Source: a virus
Lineage: Duplodnaviria; Caudoviricetes
Strand: one strand, 5' to 3'
Virus record (IMG/VR): IMGVR_UViG_3300036987_000420
Location: 9,577 to 73,576 of that record
DNA: 64,000 nt
Shown: one piece after another, positions 35,491 through 44,787 of the stretch
Position numbering within the stretch: the stretch's first letter is position 1
Layout: each line of letters begins with the position of its first letter
Notes under the pieces: model-generated
Seen by the model: the letters and a program-made list of their open reading frames with translations, nothing else
Database searches by the model: none
Told to the model about the DNA's origin: nothing
Made by a program: the position numbers and the translations under genes

Positions 35491-37623
35491 ATGGGGCAGG
35501 CGACGATGAGTCTCTCCGCCGTCTACCACATCATCGAACGCTACGAGGCCGACACCGCGCGGGCCGAGCAGGCCGTGCAGCGCCTCGGGAAGCAGACCGG
35601 CGAGACCGGGTTCCGCGCCGAGATGCTGCGGAAGGACCTGGCCCGCCTCGACGCCCAGGCCGAGCGGCTCACGCAGCGATTCGGCGGGCTCAAGATGGCG
35701 CTCACCGCCGCGGTCGGCATCGGCGTCGGGCTCGGCATCAAGAGCATGGTGGCCGGGCTCTCGGAGCTCGAGCAGGCGACACAGGGCGTTGCCGGCGCCT
35801 TCCTCGTCAACGACGCGGTCCGAGACTTCGACGACGGCATGCGGCGCGCCGAGGGGGCCGTCCAGCGCTTTCGCCGGATGGCGAAGGACTCGCCCGGCGA
35901 CACCCGCGACTTCCTGAGCATCTACTCGACGATGCTCCCCGTGATGCTCCAGGCCAAGCGCGGCGACGCGGCGATGGAGGAGCTGGTCAAGCGCGGCGTC
36001 TTCCTGAAGGGCCTGGCTCCGCAGTCCTCGTACGACGAGATCGCCCAGTCCATGGGGATGGTCCTCGGCGGCGCCGCCGGGCAGGACACCGTCGTCTGGC
36101 GGATGCTGCAGAAGCAGCTCGGCGGCGACGTCCAGGCCTGGAACAAGATGGCCAAGGAGGACCCGGGCCGCGCGTTCGATCGGCTGTCGCAGGCGCTGGC
36201 CGGGCTCGACGCTGTCGCCGCACGCAGCGGCCAGTCGTTCGGCGGGCTTCTCGCGACCCTCTCGGACGTCAAGGACCAGACCCTCATGGCGGCCGGCGAG
36301 GGCCTGTTCGAGGCCCTCAAGGACGACATGCAGGACCTGGCCACCTGGGCCGAGAAGAACGAGGGCGCGATCAAGAACTGGGCCCGCAGCATCGGGCAGG
36401 ACCTCGTTGGGGCCTACAACCTGCTGAAGGGCCCGGCGCAGTTCGCGGCCGACAACGCCGGCGCCCTGATGGGCCTGTGGGCGCTCAGCCAGGGCCGGCA
36501 GATGGCCGGCGGGATGCGCGGCATCGGCATCGGCATGATGACCGGCGGCGAGCGCGACCCGGACAAGGCGGCCGCGCGGCTGGCCCGCGGCTGGCGCCTC
36601 GGCGGCATGCCGGGCGACGACGTCTCGTGGTCGCGCGAGCACGGCTACCACCGGATGGTGACGGAGCGGGACAGCTCTGGCCTCGTCGCCCGCGACGTCC
36701 AGCGCGCCGAGCGCCTGACCGGCATGGACCGTGCCCGGGCCGAATACATCGGGTTCAAGGGCGCCGCCGGACGCGGTCTCGACGTCGCCGGCAGGGCGCT
36801 CGGGGCCATCGGCACGATCGGCATGGCCGCAGACGTCATCTACCTCACGGGCAAGACCATCTACGACGCTGTCGACCGCGGGGCGTTCAACACCGGCGAG
36901 GGCGGCGAGTTGATGATCGCGCAGCTCAAGCGCATCGGCGAGACCGGCAAGGCCGACTGGCGCGAGCTGTCTGGCTTCGGAGTGCGGTCCCAGGCCGAGG
37001 CCGACTACATCGCCGAGGCCCTGCGCGGCTACATGGCGCCCCACACCGGCCCATTTGGCAGCGGATACCAGACCGACTCCATGGTCGTCGGCGAGAAGGA
37101 CGCGCTGTTCGAGCGCGTCCGGAAGGCGCAGCTCGGCTACCAGAAGGTCGAGGAGGACCGGATCGCCCAGGCGATGAAGCAGATCGCGCTGGTCGAGCAG
37201 TTGAACGCTGAAATCCTGAAGGCCGCCGGAGCCAACGCAAGGTGGGGCGAGCCCGTGTCCCGCTTCTCGGAGAAGCTCAGCGGTATCGGCGTGAAGTCGA
37301 TCGACGACTTCGCCAGCGCAGCGTCCGGCGCGGCCAGCAAGATCGCGATGTACAACAACGCGTTCAACCGCTTCGCCGAGATCGCCGACTCGCGCAACAA
37401 GTGGGCGGCCGAGAAGGCCGACGACTTCCTGTGGCGCTCGCTCGGCTGGATCAAGCCCCCGAAGGTCCACGTGGGCCCGGTGACCATCAAGATCGAGCGG
37501 GCCACGAACCCGGAGCGCATCGCCATCCTGACGCGCGACGTGCTCCTGCGGGCCGCCGTCGGCGCCCCCCGCACCCGGGCCGGTAACGGGCTCAACGCGA
37601 CCGAGATCCACCGCGGCTGGTAG
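35491..37623 (+). CDS. Tape measure protein
   Basis: 710 aa Ala/Gly-rich helical protein; position. Confidence 0.88.
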   Translation: MGQATMSLSAVYHIIERYEADTARAEQAVQRLGKQTGETGFRAEMLRKDLARLDAQAERLTQRFGGLKMALTAAVGIGVGLGIKSMVAGLSELEQATQGVAGAFLVNDAVRDFDDGMRRAEGAVQRFRRMAKDSPGDTRDFLSIYSTMLPVMLQAKRGDAAMEELVKRGVFLKGLAPQSSYDEIAQSMGMVLGGAAGQDTVVWRMLQKQLGGDVQAWNKMAKEDPGRAFDRLSQALAGLDAVAARSGQSFGGLLATLSDVKDQTLMAAGEGLFEALKDDMQDLATWAEKNEGAIKNWARSIGQDLVGAYNLLKGPAQFAADNAGALMGLWALSQGRQMAGGMRGIGIGMMTGGERDPDKAAARLARGWRLGGMPGDDVSWSREHGYHRMVTERDSSGLVARDVQRAERLTGMDRARAEYIGFKGAAGRGLDVAGRALGAIGTIGMAADVIYLTGKTIYDAVDRGAFNTGEGGELMIAQLKRIGETGKADWRELSGFGVRSQAEADYIAEALRGYMAPHTGPFGSGYQTDSMVVGEKDALFERVRKAQLGYQKVEEDRIAQAMKQIALVEQLNAEILKAAGANARWGEPVSRFSEKLSGIGVKSIDDFASAASGAASKIAMYNNAFNRFAEIADSRNKWAAEKADDFLWRSLGWIKPPKVHVGPVTIKIERATNPERIAILTRDVLLRAAVGAPRTRAGNGLNATEIHRGW

Positions 37624-37635
37624 GAGACGCACCAG

Positions 37636-38682
37636 ATGGCCGACGCCGCTGCGGTGCGCTTCCTCGACGCCGCGACGGGGGCGCTGCTCGCCGAGCTCGA
37701 CGGGCCGTTCCTGCCCGAGGCGCCGCTCCCCGTGGGCGCCAGGCTGCGCCGATCGCAGACCCACTACAAGGGCGCGCGGCAGCAGTCGGCGCAGGTGCTC
37801 GGGGTCGAGGAGGAGCCGATCCCGTTCGAGGGGCGGCTGGACGACACGTTCAGCGGCGGCGCCGCCGGGCGCGCGAAAACGTACGCCGAGGCGCTCGACC
37901 GGACGTTCCGCGCGGCCCGCCAGGTGACGCTCGAGTGGGGCGACCTGCGGCGCACCGGGCTCCTCGACGAGTGCCACATCGACCACGAGGACGAGACGGC
38001 GTTCGAGTACCGGCTGGTGTTCTGGCCGGACTCCGGGCCGGGTGTGAAGGTGGCGCCCTGGGTGCCGCGGCTGTGGCGCGACCAGGCGTTGAACCCCGCC
38101 GTGCTGCTCAACGACACGGCGGACGCCCGCAGCATCCTCGACCAGTTCCGCAGCGCGCGCGACCGCCTGATGGGCGCCTGGCAGGCGCTCAACCCGATGC
38201 GGTTGGAGCTGCTCCAGATCGTCTACGGCGTCGAGAACACGCTGGGCGACCTCGTCAACGCGGCCAACCTGCCGTTCGACGTCGTCGCGGCGTCGCTCGA
38301 CCTGCGGCAGCGCATCCTGCGCATCGGCACGGCCGCGCAGACCGGCTGGGCGAACCTCGCCGCCCGGGCGCGCGCCCTCGACGCGACGCCGGCCGTGGAC
38401 GACGAGACGCTCGACAGCATCCGGGATAGCGTCGTGCTGCGCGAGACGGCCGGCAAGGCGCGCCTGTCGCAGTCGCGCATCCTGGAGATGATCCGGTCCT
38501 TCCTCGCCGCGACCGACGGCGAGGCGACGGGCCGCAAGCACGAGGTCATCCAGGGCGACAGCCTGCCGGGGATCTCGCTGCTGTACTACCAGACGGCTGA
38601 CAAGTGGCGCCGCATCGCGGACGCCAACGGGCTCACGACGATGCGGCTCACCCCGGGCCAGCGCCTGCGGGTGCCGGAGTAG
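37636..38682 (+). CDS. Tail tube initiator/baseplate protein with C-terminal LysM
   Basis: HEVIQGDSLPGISLLYY...WRRIADANG...LTPGQRLRVP. Confidence 0.85.
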   Translation: MADAAAVRFLDAATGALLAELDGPFLPEAPLPVGARLRRSQTHYKGARQQSAQVLGVEEEPIPFEGRLDDTFSGGAAGRAKTYAEALDRTFRAARQVTLEWGDLRRTGLLDECHIDHEDETAFEYRLVFWPDSGPGVKVAPWVPRLWRDQALNPAVLLNDTADARSILDQFRSARDRLMGAWQALNPMRLELLQIVYGVENTLGDLVNAANLPFDVVAASLDLRQRILRIGTAAQTGWANLAARARALDATPAVDDETLDSIRDSVVLRETAGKARLSQSRILEMIRSFLAATDGEATGRKHEVIQGDSLPGISLLYYQTADKWRRIADANGLTTMRLTPGQRLRVPE

Positions 38683-38697
38683 GACGAGGCGCGGACG

Positions 38698-40002
38698 GTG
38701 GCGACCTACTACCCGAAGTGCCGCGTCGACCTCGAATTGTGGGGCGCGAGCGCTCCCCGCGAGCAGCTCGTTCCGAACCTGCGGTTCGACCGGCTCGTGC
38801 CGGTGTCGGCCACCGTCGAGAAGAACCCGCACGACACGGCCGACACGTTCGACCTGTCGCTGCCCCGCGACGCGTTCCCGGTCGATCCGCGCGCCCTGCG
38901 GGACATCCGCGTGCGGGTGTGGATGGGGGACGCCGGGAGCCTCGACGCCGAGCTGCCGCAGTCGGATCCGCTCATCGTCGGGTTCGTCGACGAGCCGCCG
39001 CTCGACCTCTCCGAGAGCGGCGAGTCGGTGTCGCTGAAGGGCCGCGACTTCACCCAGCTCGCCATCGACACGCCCTGGGGACGCGGCGACGGCGGCCGCA
39101 AATTCCGCGTCCGGGCCGACCGGCCGCTGCCGCTCGTCGTGGCGGACGTGCTCCGGAACTACCCGGAAACGCGCGCGCTCGCGACGCAGGTGGTCGTCCG
39201 CGGCGGCGGGACGGCGAACGTCCTGACGGCGCCCTGGCCCGGGACGGCGACCGCCCGCGGACGCTGGTTCCGCTGGAAGGCCGACCAGCCGGTCTGGAGC
39301 GCGCTCGCCGAGCTGTGCGCGCGGGTCGGCTGGACCATCTGGATCGACGGGGAGCAGGTCGTGCTGTCGGCCGCCGAGGCGGTCTACGGCGGCTCGCTGC
39401 TCGCGACGCCGCGGTTCGTCTGGGGCGAGTCGCTGACCTCGCTCACCATCACGCGGCGGCTCACCCGCGAGCGCGTCACGGGCGTCGAGGTCCGCTGCTA
39501 CAACGACCGCGAGGGCCGCGTCTACACCGCACGCTACCCGGCGCGCAGGGAGCTGATTCGCGGCGGTCAGCGCGAGTACACGCAGTACCGCCCGCGGATG
39601 GGGCCGCACTGGACGCAGGCGCGCGCGGACGAGGTCGCCCGCCAGGCCTACGAGCTGCTGCGCCGCCAGCAGATGACGGGCAGTTTCTCGACGATGGAGC
39701 TCCGCGAGGGGGCCCACGACCTGACGCGGCTCAATGCCGGAGACACGGTCCGGATCGCGGTCGACGCGGCGACCGAGGGGCTCATCGTCCAGGGGCTGCG
39801 CGGCAACGGGCCGCGCGACGCCGAGGCGCTCGACCTGCTCGTCTCGTCCGGCCTCGATCCCGACGTGGCCGGCGTGCTCATCAACAACTGGCGCGAGCTG
39901 CTCGTGCCCTGGCAGATCTCACGGGCAACCCACTCCTGGAGCCAGGACGAGGGCTACCGGCTCTCGGGCGACGTCGTCAACGCGCTGGCCGTGGAGGGCT
40001 GA
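38698..40002 (+). CDS. Baseplate hub (gpD/gp27-like)
   Basis: ADTFDLSL, VGFVDE, SLKGRDFT motifs. Confidence 0.8.
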   Translation: MATYYPKCRVDLELWGASAPREQLVPNLRFDRLVPVSATVEKNPHDTADTFDLSLPRDAFPVDPRALRDIRVRVWMGDAGSLDAELPQSDPLIVGFVDEPPLDLSESGESVSLKGRDFTQLAIDTPWGRGDGGRKFRVRADRPLPLVVADVLRNYPETRALATQVVVRGGGTANVLTAPWPGTATARGRWFRWKADQPVWSALAELCARVGWTIWIDGEQVVLSAAEAVYGGSLLATPRFVWGESLTSLTITRRLTRERVTGVEVRCYNDREGRVYTARYPARRELIRGGQREYTQYRPRMGPHWTQARADEVARQAYELLRRQQMTGSFSTMELREGAHDLTRLNAGDTVRIAVDAATEGLIVQGLRGNGPRDAEALDLLVSSGLDPDVAGVLINNWRELLVPWQISRATHSWSQDEGYRLSGDVVNALAVEG

Positions 40003-40003
40003 C

Positions 40004-40567
40004 GTGGAAGAGCACCTCCGCGCGCTGGCCGCCATGGCCGGCAACCTCGCCATCGGGACGGTCCAGGGCGTCGAGTACGACGCCGAGGGCGTGCTCGTGC
40101 GCGTGACGCTCGCCGCGGGCGGCGAGGATGTCACCTGCCGGCGGATGCTCGGCTACGGCGGGGCGACGTCCGGCGACGGCTACGGCGACTTCTGGGAGCC
40201 CGACGTCGACCAGGAGGTCCTCGTCGCGCTTCTGGGTGGCGACCCGAACGCGGCCATCCTCCTGGGGCCGCTGCAGACGTTGAAGAGCCCGACGCCGGCC
40301 GGGGTCGGCCCGGGCAAGCGCGTCATCGTCGTCCGCCACGGCGACAGCGTCGAGGTCCACGCGACGGGCGACGTGAGCGTCACGACGACCGGCACCGTCC
40401 GGGTCGAGGGCGCCGCAGCCGTGAAGCTCGCGAACAGCGACGCGCCGCTGGCGTACGTCGACGGCGTCGTGACGGGCGCCTGCATGTGCCAGTGGGGCGG
40501 GATGCACACCGATCACAGCGCCGGCGTGCTGGCCGAGAAGACGCCGCCGCCCGTCGGGAGGGGCTGA
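40004..40567 (+). CDS. Baseplate spike (gpV-like)
   Basis: WEPDVDQEVLVALLGGDPNAAILLG OB-fold motif; Cys/His tip CMCQWGGMHTDH. Confidence 0.85.
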   Translation: MEEHLRALAAMAGNLAIGTVQGVEYDAEGVLVRVTLAAGGEDVTCRRMLGYGGATSGDGYGDFWEPDVDQEVLVALLGGDPNAAILLGPLQTLKSPTPAGVGPGKRVIVVRHGDSVEVHATGDVSVTTTGTVRVEGAAAVKLANSDAPLAYVDGVVTGACMCQWGGMHTDHSAGVLAEKTPPPVGRG

Positions 40568-40569
40568 TC

Positions 40570-40785
40570 GTGGCGCTGACGAACGACACCGCCGACGCCG
40601 TGGTCGAGGGCATCCTCTCCGACCTGGGGCTGAACGAGGCGCAGGCGGAGATGGCGCGGTCGCGCTGGCGGGTCATCGTTCGCCGCATCTACGCCGGCAT
40701 CAAGGCCGACGCGGTCGTGCAGCCGACGGCGCTCGAGGCGCCGCCCGGCGGCGGAGCCGTGACGGGCACCGGGACGCTCGCCTGA
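40570..40785 (+). CDS. Small spike-associated protein
   Basis: Position; GGGAVTGTGTLA C-terminus. Confidence 0.55.
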   Translation: MALTNDTADAVVEGILSDLGLNEAQAEMARSRWRVIVRRIYAGIKADAVVQPTALEAPPGGGAVTGTGTLA

Positions 40786-40801
40786 GCGGGACGAGGGGCG
40801 C

Positions 40802-41194
40802 ATGTCGACGACGCTCGCACCGCGCAGCGACCTGCGCGTCCCGCTGGCCGTCACCTCGAGCGGCGACCTGTCGCTCGTCACCGGCACGGACGCACTGCGC
40901 CAGCGCCTCCGGCACCTCATCCTCACGGCGCCCGGCGAGCTGCTCCACCGCCCCCGCTGGGGCGCGGGGCTCCCCGACGAGCAGAACGAGGTGGCGGACG
41001 CCGCCTACCTGGCGCGCATCCGCGGCCGCATCCGCGAGGCGCTCGAGCGCGACCCGGCCGTCGAGGCGGTGACGAAGCTCGACGCGACGGTCGATGACGC
41101 CGGCCTCGTCGAGGTCACCGTCTGGGTGCGGGCGGCCGGGCAGACGTTCACCTACGACGGGCTGCGAATCAGCACGGGGGCGACGGGCGCATGA
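40802..41194 (+). CDS. Baseplate wedge gp25/gpW-like
   Basis: LRQRLRHLILTAPGELLHRPRWGAGL. Confidence 0.9.
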   Translation: MSTTLAPRSDLRVPLAVTSSGDLSLVTGTDALRQRLRHLILTAPGELLHRPRWGAGLPDEQNEVADAAYLARIRGRIREALERDPAVEAVTKLDATVDDAGLVEVTVWVRAAGQTFTYDGLRISTGATGA

Positions 41195-42318
41195 GCAGCT
41201 TCGACGACAGCTACAGCGCCTACCGCAGCGAGGTCGAGGGCCGCGCCCCGCAGCTCTCCGACTGGGCCGAGGGGAGCGCCAACGACGGCTACGGCGGCGG
41301 CGCCGCGCGCCTCGCCGAGCTGCTCTCGGTCGAGATCGCCCGGCGCTTCCTCGCGAAGTGGTTCGCGACCGCGACGGGCAGCGAGATCGACGCGCTCGCC
41401 GCCGACCTGTTCGGCGCCGAGGCAGCGCGCGGCGCCGCGGCGCAGGCGACGATCACGCTGGCCCTGTCGCGGGCGAGCGCCACGGCCGGCAACGTCGCCA
41501 TCGGCACGTCGCAGGTCATCAAGACGGACCTGGCGAACGCCGAGGACGCCGTCCAGTTCCGCCCGGTCATCGCCTACACGCTGATCGGGCTCGGGCCGCT
41601 CGCCGTGCAGTGTCGCGCCGTCACGGCCGGCAAGGCCGGCAACGTCGCCATCGGCGCGAGTTGGACGGCCGACCCGCCGCTCTCCGACCAGACGGTCGTC
41701 ATCGCCAACGCGGCGAAGGGCGCCGGCGGGGACGACGCGTGGTCTGACGACAGGTACAAGGCCTGGCTCTACGACTACGTCAAGACGCTCGCCCGCGGGA
41801 CCGTGCTCGCGCTCATCACGGGCGCGAAGAGCGTCCCGGGCGTCGCGGCGGCCGCCGTCGACGAGTCGGACGCCGGACCAGATGACGGCGGCCTCGTGCG
41901 CCTGCTCGTCGGGGACGTGGACGGCAACGCGACCGACCTCCTGAAGAATGCCGTCACGGCGGCCCTGGAGGCATGGCGAGGGGCGGGGATCCGGGTCGAG
42001 GTCGTCAAGGGCACGCGGACCGACGTCACCGGCATCGGCATCGTCGTCCGGATGCGGTCGACCGACTACGACTCCGGCGCCGTCACGGCCGACGCGCAGA
42101 CGGCCGGCTCGCAGGCCGTCGAGGACATGGCGCCCGACGAGCGGCTCTACCAGGAGCGGCTCGACGCGGCCGTCTACGCGGCCCTCGGCGGCGCCGAGAA
42201 GGTCTCCGACGTCGCATCCACGCACTCGGGCGGCTGGCCGGTCGTCCCGGGCGCCGGCCGGTCGCTGCGGCTCGCCGAGACCGCCATCACCGTGACCGCC
42301 CTTGGACCGGAAGCCTGA
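41191..42318 (+). CDS. Baseplate J-like protein
   Basis: ATGSEIDALA, AGKAGNVA, GGDDAWSDDRY..., ARGT motifs. Confidence 0.9.
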   Translation: MSSFDDSYSAYRSEVEGRAPQLSDWAEGSANDGYGGGAARLAELLSVEIARRFLAKWFATATGSEIDALAADLFGAEAARGAAAQATITLALSRASATAGNVAIGTSQVIKTDLANAEDAVQFRPVIAYTLIGLGPLAVQCRAVTAGKAGNVAIGASWTADPPLSDQTVVIANAAKGAGGDDAWSDDRYKAWLYDYVKTLARGTVLALITGAKSVPGVAAAAVDESDAGPDDGGLVRLLVGDVDGNATDLLKNAVTAALEAWRGAGIRVEVVKGTRTDVTGIGIVVRMRSTDYDSGAVTADAQTAGSQAVEDMAPDERLYQERLDAAVYAALGGAEKVSDVASTHSGGWPVVPGAGRSLRLAETAITVTALGPEA

Positions 42319-42321
42319 GCC

Positions 42322-43032
42322 GTGACGCTGCCGACCAACACGCAGCTCCACGACCAGGCGACGGACGGCGGCCTGCTGCCGTCGTGGCTGCGGGACGACC
42401 CGCTCGTCGACGTGCTCGTCTGGGGGCTCGCCGCGGCGCTGGGCGTCCAGCGCGACCGGGCCGCAGCGCTCCTGCTGCGCCTCGACGCCGCGACGGCGGA
42501 GACGCGCTGGCTCGACCTGCTGCTGCGCGAGCGCGGCACGGCGCGGCTCCAGGGCGAGACGGACGCGAGCGCCGCGCCACGCGCGAAGCTGAAGCCGCGC
42601 GGCGTGACGCCCGGCGGCATCGCCTCGGAGCTCACGCTCCTGCTGCGCACGGGCCAGCGCCTCTGGGTGGTCGAGGCGGACGCCGGGCCGCTCGGCGCGT
42701 CGTGCTACTGCAGCGACGACGGCACGGCGGCGACCGACAGCCGGGAGACGTACTGCGACCGGCCGATGGCCATCGTCGACGACAGCCCCTGGCACCGCCT
42801 GTGGGTGCTCGTCGAGGAGCCGCCGGTCGTGCAGCGCGAGGTCGCCTACTGCGACCGCGAGGACTTCTACTGCGACCGTGCCGTCGGCGACGGCTGGTGC
42901 GACACCGACCCCGGCGACCCGGACGAGAACGTGCTGCGCGCCATCGCGCTGGCCGTCCCGCGGCTGCGGCTCGCCGGCGTGCGTGGGACCGTCCGCATCC
43001 TGCCGAACCCGTACACCGACTGGGCGGCCTGA
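42322..43032 (+). CDS. Baseplate/tail protein I-like
   Basis: Follows J; WLDLLLRERG..RLQGETD; YCDR repeats. Confidence 0.7.
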   Translation: MTLPTNTQLHDQATDGGLLPSWLRDDPLVDVLVWGLAAALGVQRDRAAALLLRLDAATAETRWLDLLLRERGTARLQGETDASAAPRAKLKPRGVTPGGIASELTLLLRTGQRLWVVEADAGPLGASCYCSDDGTAATDSRETYCDRPMAIVDDSPWHRLWVLVEEPPVVQREVAYCDREDFYCDRAVGDGWCDTDPGDPDENVLRAIALAVPRLRLAGVRGTVRILPNPYTDWAA

Positions 43033-43103
43033 GCCCGGCGTCACCCGACCAACCCTGAGACCCTGTCACCGGCCGCCGCGGCCGCCGGACGAGGACTGCG
43101 CCG

Positions 43104-44675
43104 ATGGTGAACCCGCAGATCAGCCGCGTGCACCAGAACGAGGGCGAGCTCTACACCCGTACGCGCCTCGTCGACACGAACAAGGCCGCGACGCAGCGGG
43201 TGAACGACAGCATCCTCGGGCCGCTGCTGGCGCTCGACGACAGCGGAAACCCGATCACGGTCTGCGCCGACGACGGATTTCTCGTTGAGGCGACGGCCAA
43301 CCTGGTGGTGAAGGTCAACGCCGGCTGGGCGCTTCACTACGTGAACGAGGACCACAGCGCCGACCCCTACGCGCTCCTGTGGCGTCGGGCCGTGCTGGCC
43401 GCCGACGCGCTCCTGAGCGTGGACGGGGGCGGGGCCGCCGACCGGACGGACATCGTCCAGGTGCGCGCCGTCGAGACGCAGCAGGACGCGCTTACGGTGC
43501 CGTACATGGACGGCGCCGGGAACAAGTCGAACGTCAGCGTCTACACCCGCTACCTCGACAGCTGCGAGGTGCAGGTGAAGACGGGCGTCGAGGGCGGCCC
43601 GGTCCCGACGCCCGACGCGGGCTGGTTCAAGGTGGCCGAGATCTTCGTCGGGCTGGGCGCGGTCGCCATCGTCCCGGGCGACATCACCGACACCCGCACG
43701 GCGCCGCAGACCTCGTTCGCGGCGTCCGTTCTCGACCTGCTCGTGCGCAACAACCTGCTCGTGCGCAACGACCTCACGGTCTGGGACGACCTGACGCTCG
43801 GCGGTGACGGCTCGCCGGTGGAGAGTCGCGTCGTGTTCCGCCGCTCACAGGGCGCCGGCGGCCAGTGGGTCCTCGAGGTCCACGGCCGCGACGCCGGCGA
43901 GGGCGCGGCGGCCTACCAGATCTTCCTGCGTGCGACCCGGCGCACCTACGCCGGCGACGGCGTCGACACCGTCGAGTGGCGCGTCGCCGGCCCCGACGGC
44001 TACCCGAACGGCCCGGCCGACGACGGCGATGCCTGCGACGTCGTCCTCGGCGGTAGCGTCGGGATGCGGGCCATGCGCATCCGGGCGACGGAGGACGCCG
44101 GCGGCAACAAGCTCCTGCGGTTCATGCTCGACGACGCGCTCCCGGAGACGAACCCGCCGGCGGCGCTGCTCGACGTCTACGAGGACGGCCGGCTGGCGCT
44201 GCCGCAGAGCCCCAGCATCGCCGTCAAGCTCCCGATCAACAGCGGATCGGTGGACGCCGCGACGACGTCCAAGATCAACGCCAACGGCGAAGTGGTCATC
44301 ACCGACGCGGCCGTGCAGGCGACCTACCTCCTCGACGTCCCGGACCACCTGGACGCCGACGGCGTGACGCTCGAGCCCGTCACGGTGGACGTCTGGATGA
44401 AGACGCCCAACACGAACGGCGGCAGCGTGACGGCGCAGGTGATGCAGCTCGACGACCCGCTCGCCGCAGGCGCGACGACGCCCAACGCCGTGTCGGACGT
44501 CAAGAGCTGGGCGGGCAACCCCACCGGCGCGGTGTCGAAGCAGACGATCACGCTCAACGGGGCCTACGCGCCCGGGAGCGGCAAGCCCCTGATGCTGGTG
44601 CTCATCGCCGGCACCGGGGACGTGGCGCGCCTGCGGGCGGTCACGGTGAACTACACGCGGCACCGGCTGCCGTGA
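43104..44675 (+). CDS. Tail fibre-like protein
   Basis: Position after gpI-like; N-terminal GF.V...V.VNAG and RTDIVQV anchor motif. Confidence 0.65.
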   Translation: MVNPQISRVHQNEGELYTRTRLVDTNKAATQRVNDSILGPLLALDDSGNPITVCADDGFLVEATANLVVKVNAGWALHYVNEDHSADPYALLWRRAVLAADALLSVDGGGAADRTDIVQVRAVETQQDALTVPYMDGAGNKSNVSVYTRYLDSCEVQVKTGVEGGPVPTPDAGWFKVAEIFVGLGAVAIVPGDITDTRTAPQTSFAASVLDLLVRNNLLVRNDLTVWDDLTLGGDGSPVESRVVFRRSQGAGGQWVLEVHGRDAGEGAAAYQIFLRATRRTYAGDGVDTVEWRVAGPDGYPNGPADDGDACDVVLGGSVGMRAMRIRATEDAGGNKLLRFMLDDALPETNPPAALLDVYEDGRLALPQSPSIAVKLPINSGSVDAATTSKINANGEVVITDAAVQATYLLDVPDHLDADGVTLEPVTVDVWMKTPNTNGGSVTAQVMQLDDPLAAGATTPNAVSDVKSWAGNPTGAVSKQTITLNGAYAPGSGKPLMLVLIAGTGDVARLRAVTVNYTRHRLP

Positions 44676-44787
44676 CCCTGACCCTGACCACCTGACGCAC
44701 CGCGCGGGCGCCGCCCGCGCCGCTCCTGTTCCGACCGACGTCCCGTTCCCGCTCCCGCTGTTCCTGACCATCGAAGGAGGCTCGACC

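Noticed and set aside
35035-39717. Very long ORFs opposite the structural genes (e.g. 35035-39717, 21641-25489, 44641-47709, 6711-9740)
   Set aside because: Shadow ORFs from extreme GC3 bias; low-information Arg/Gly/Ala translations antisense to recognisable genes.
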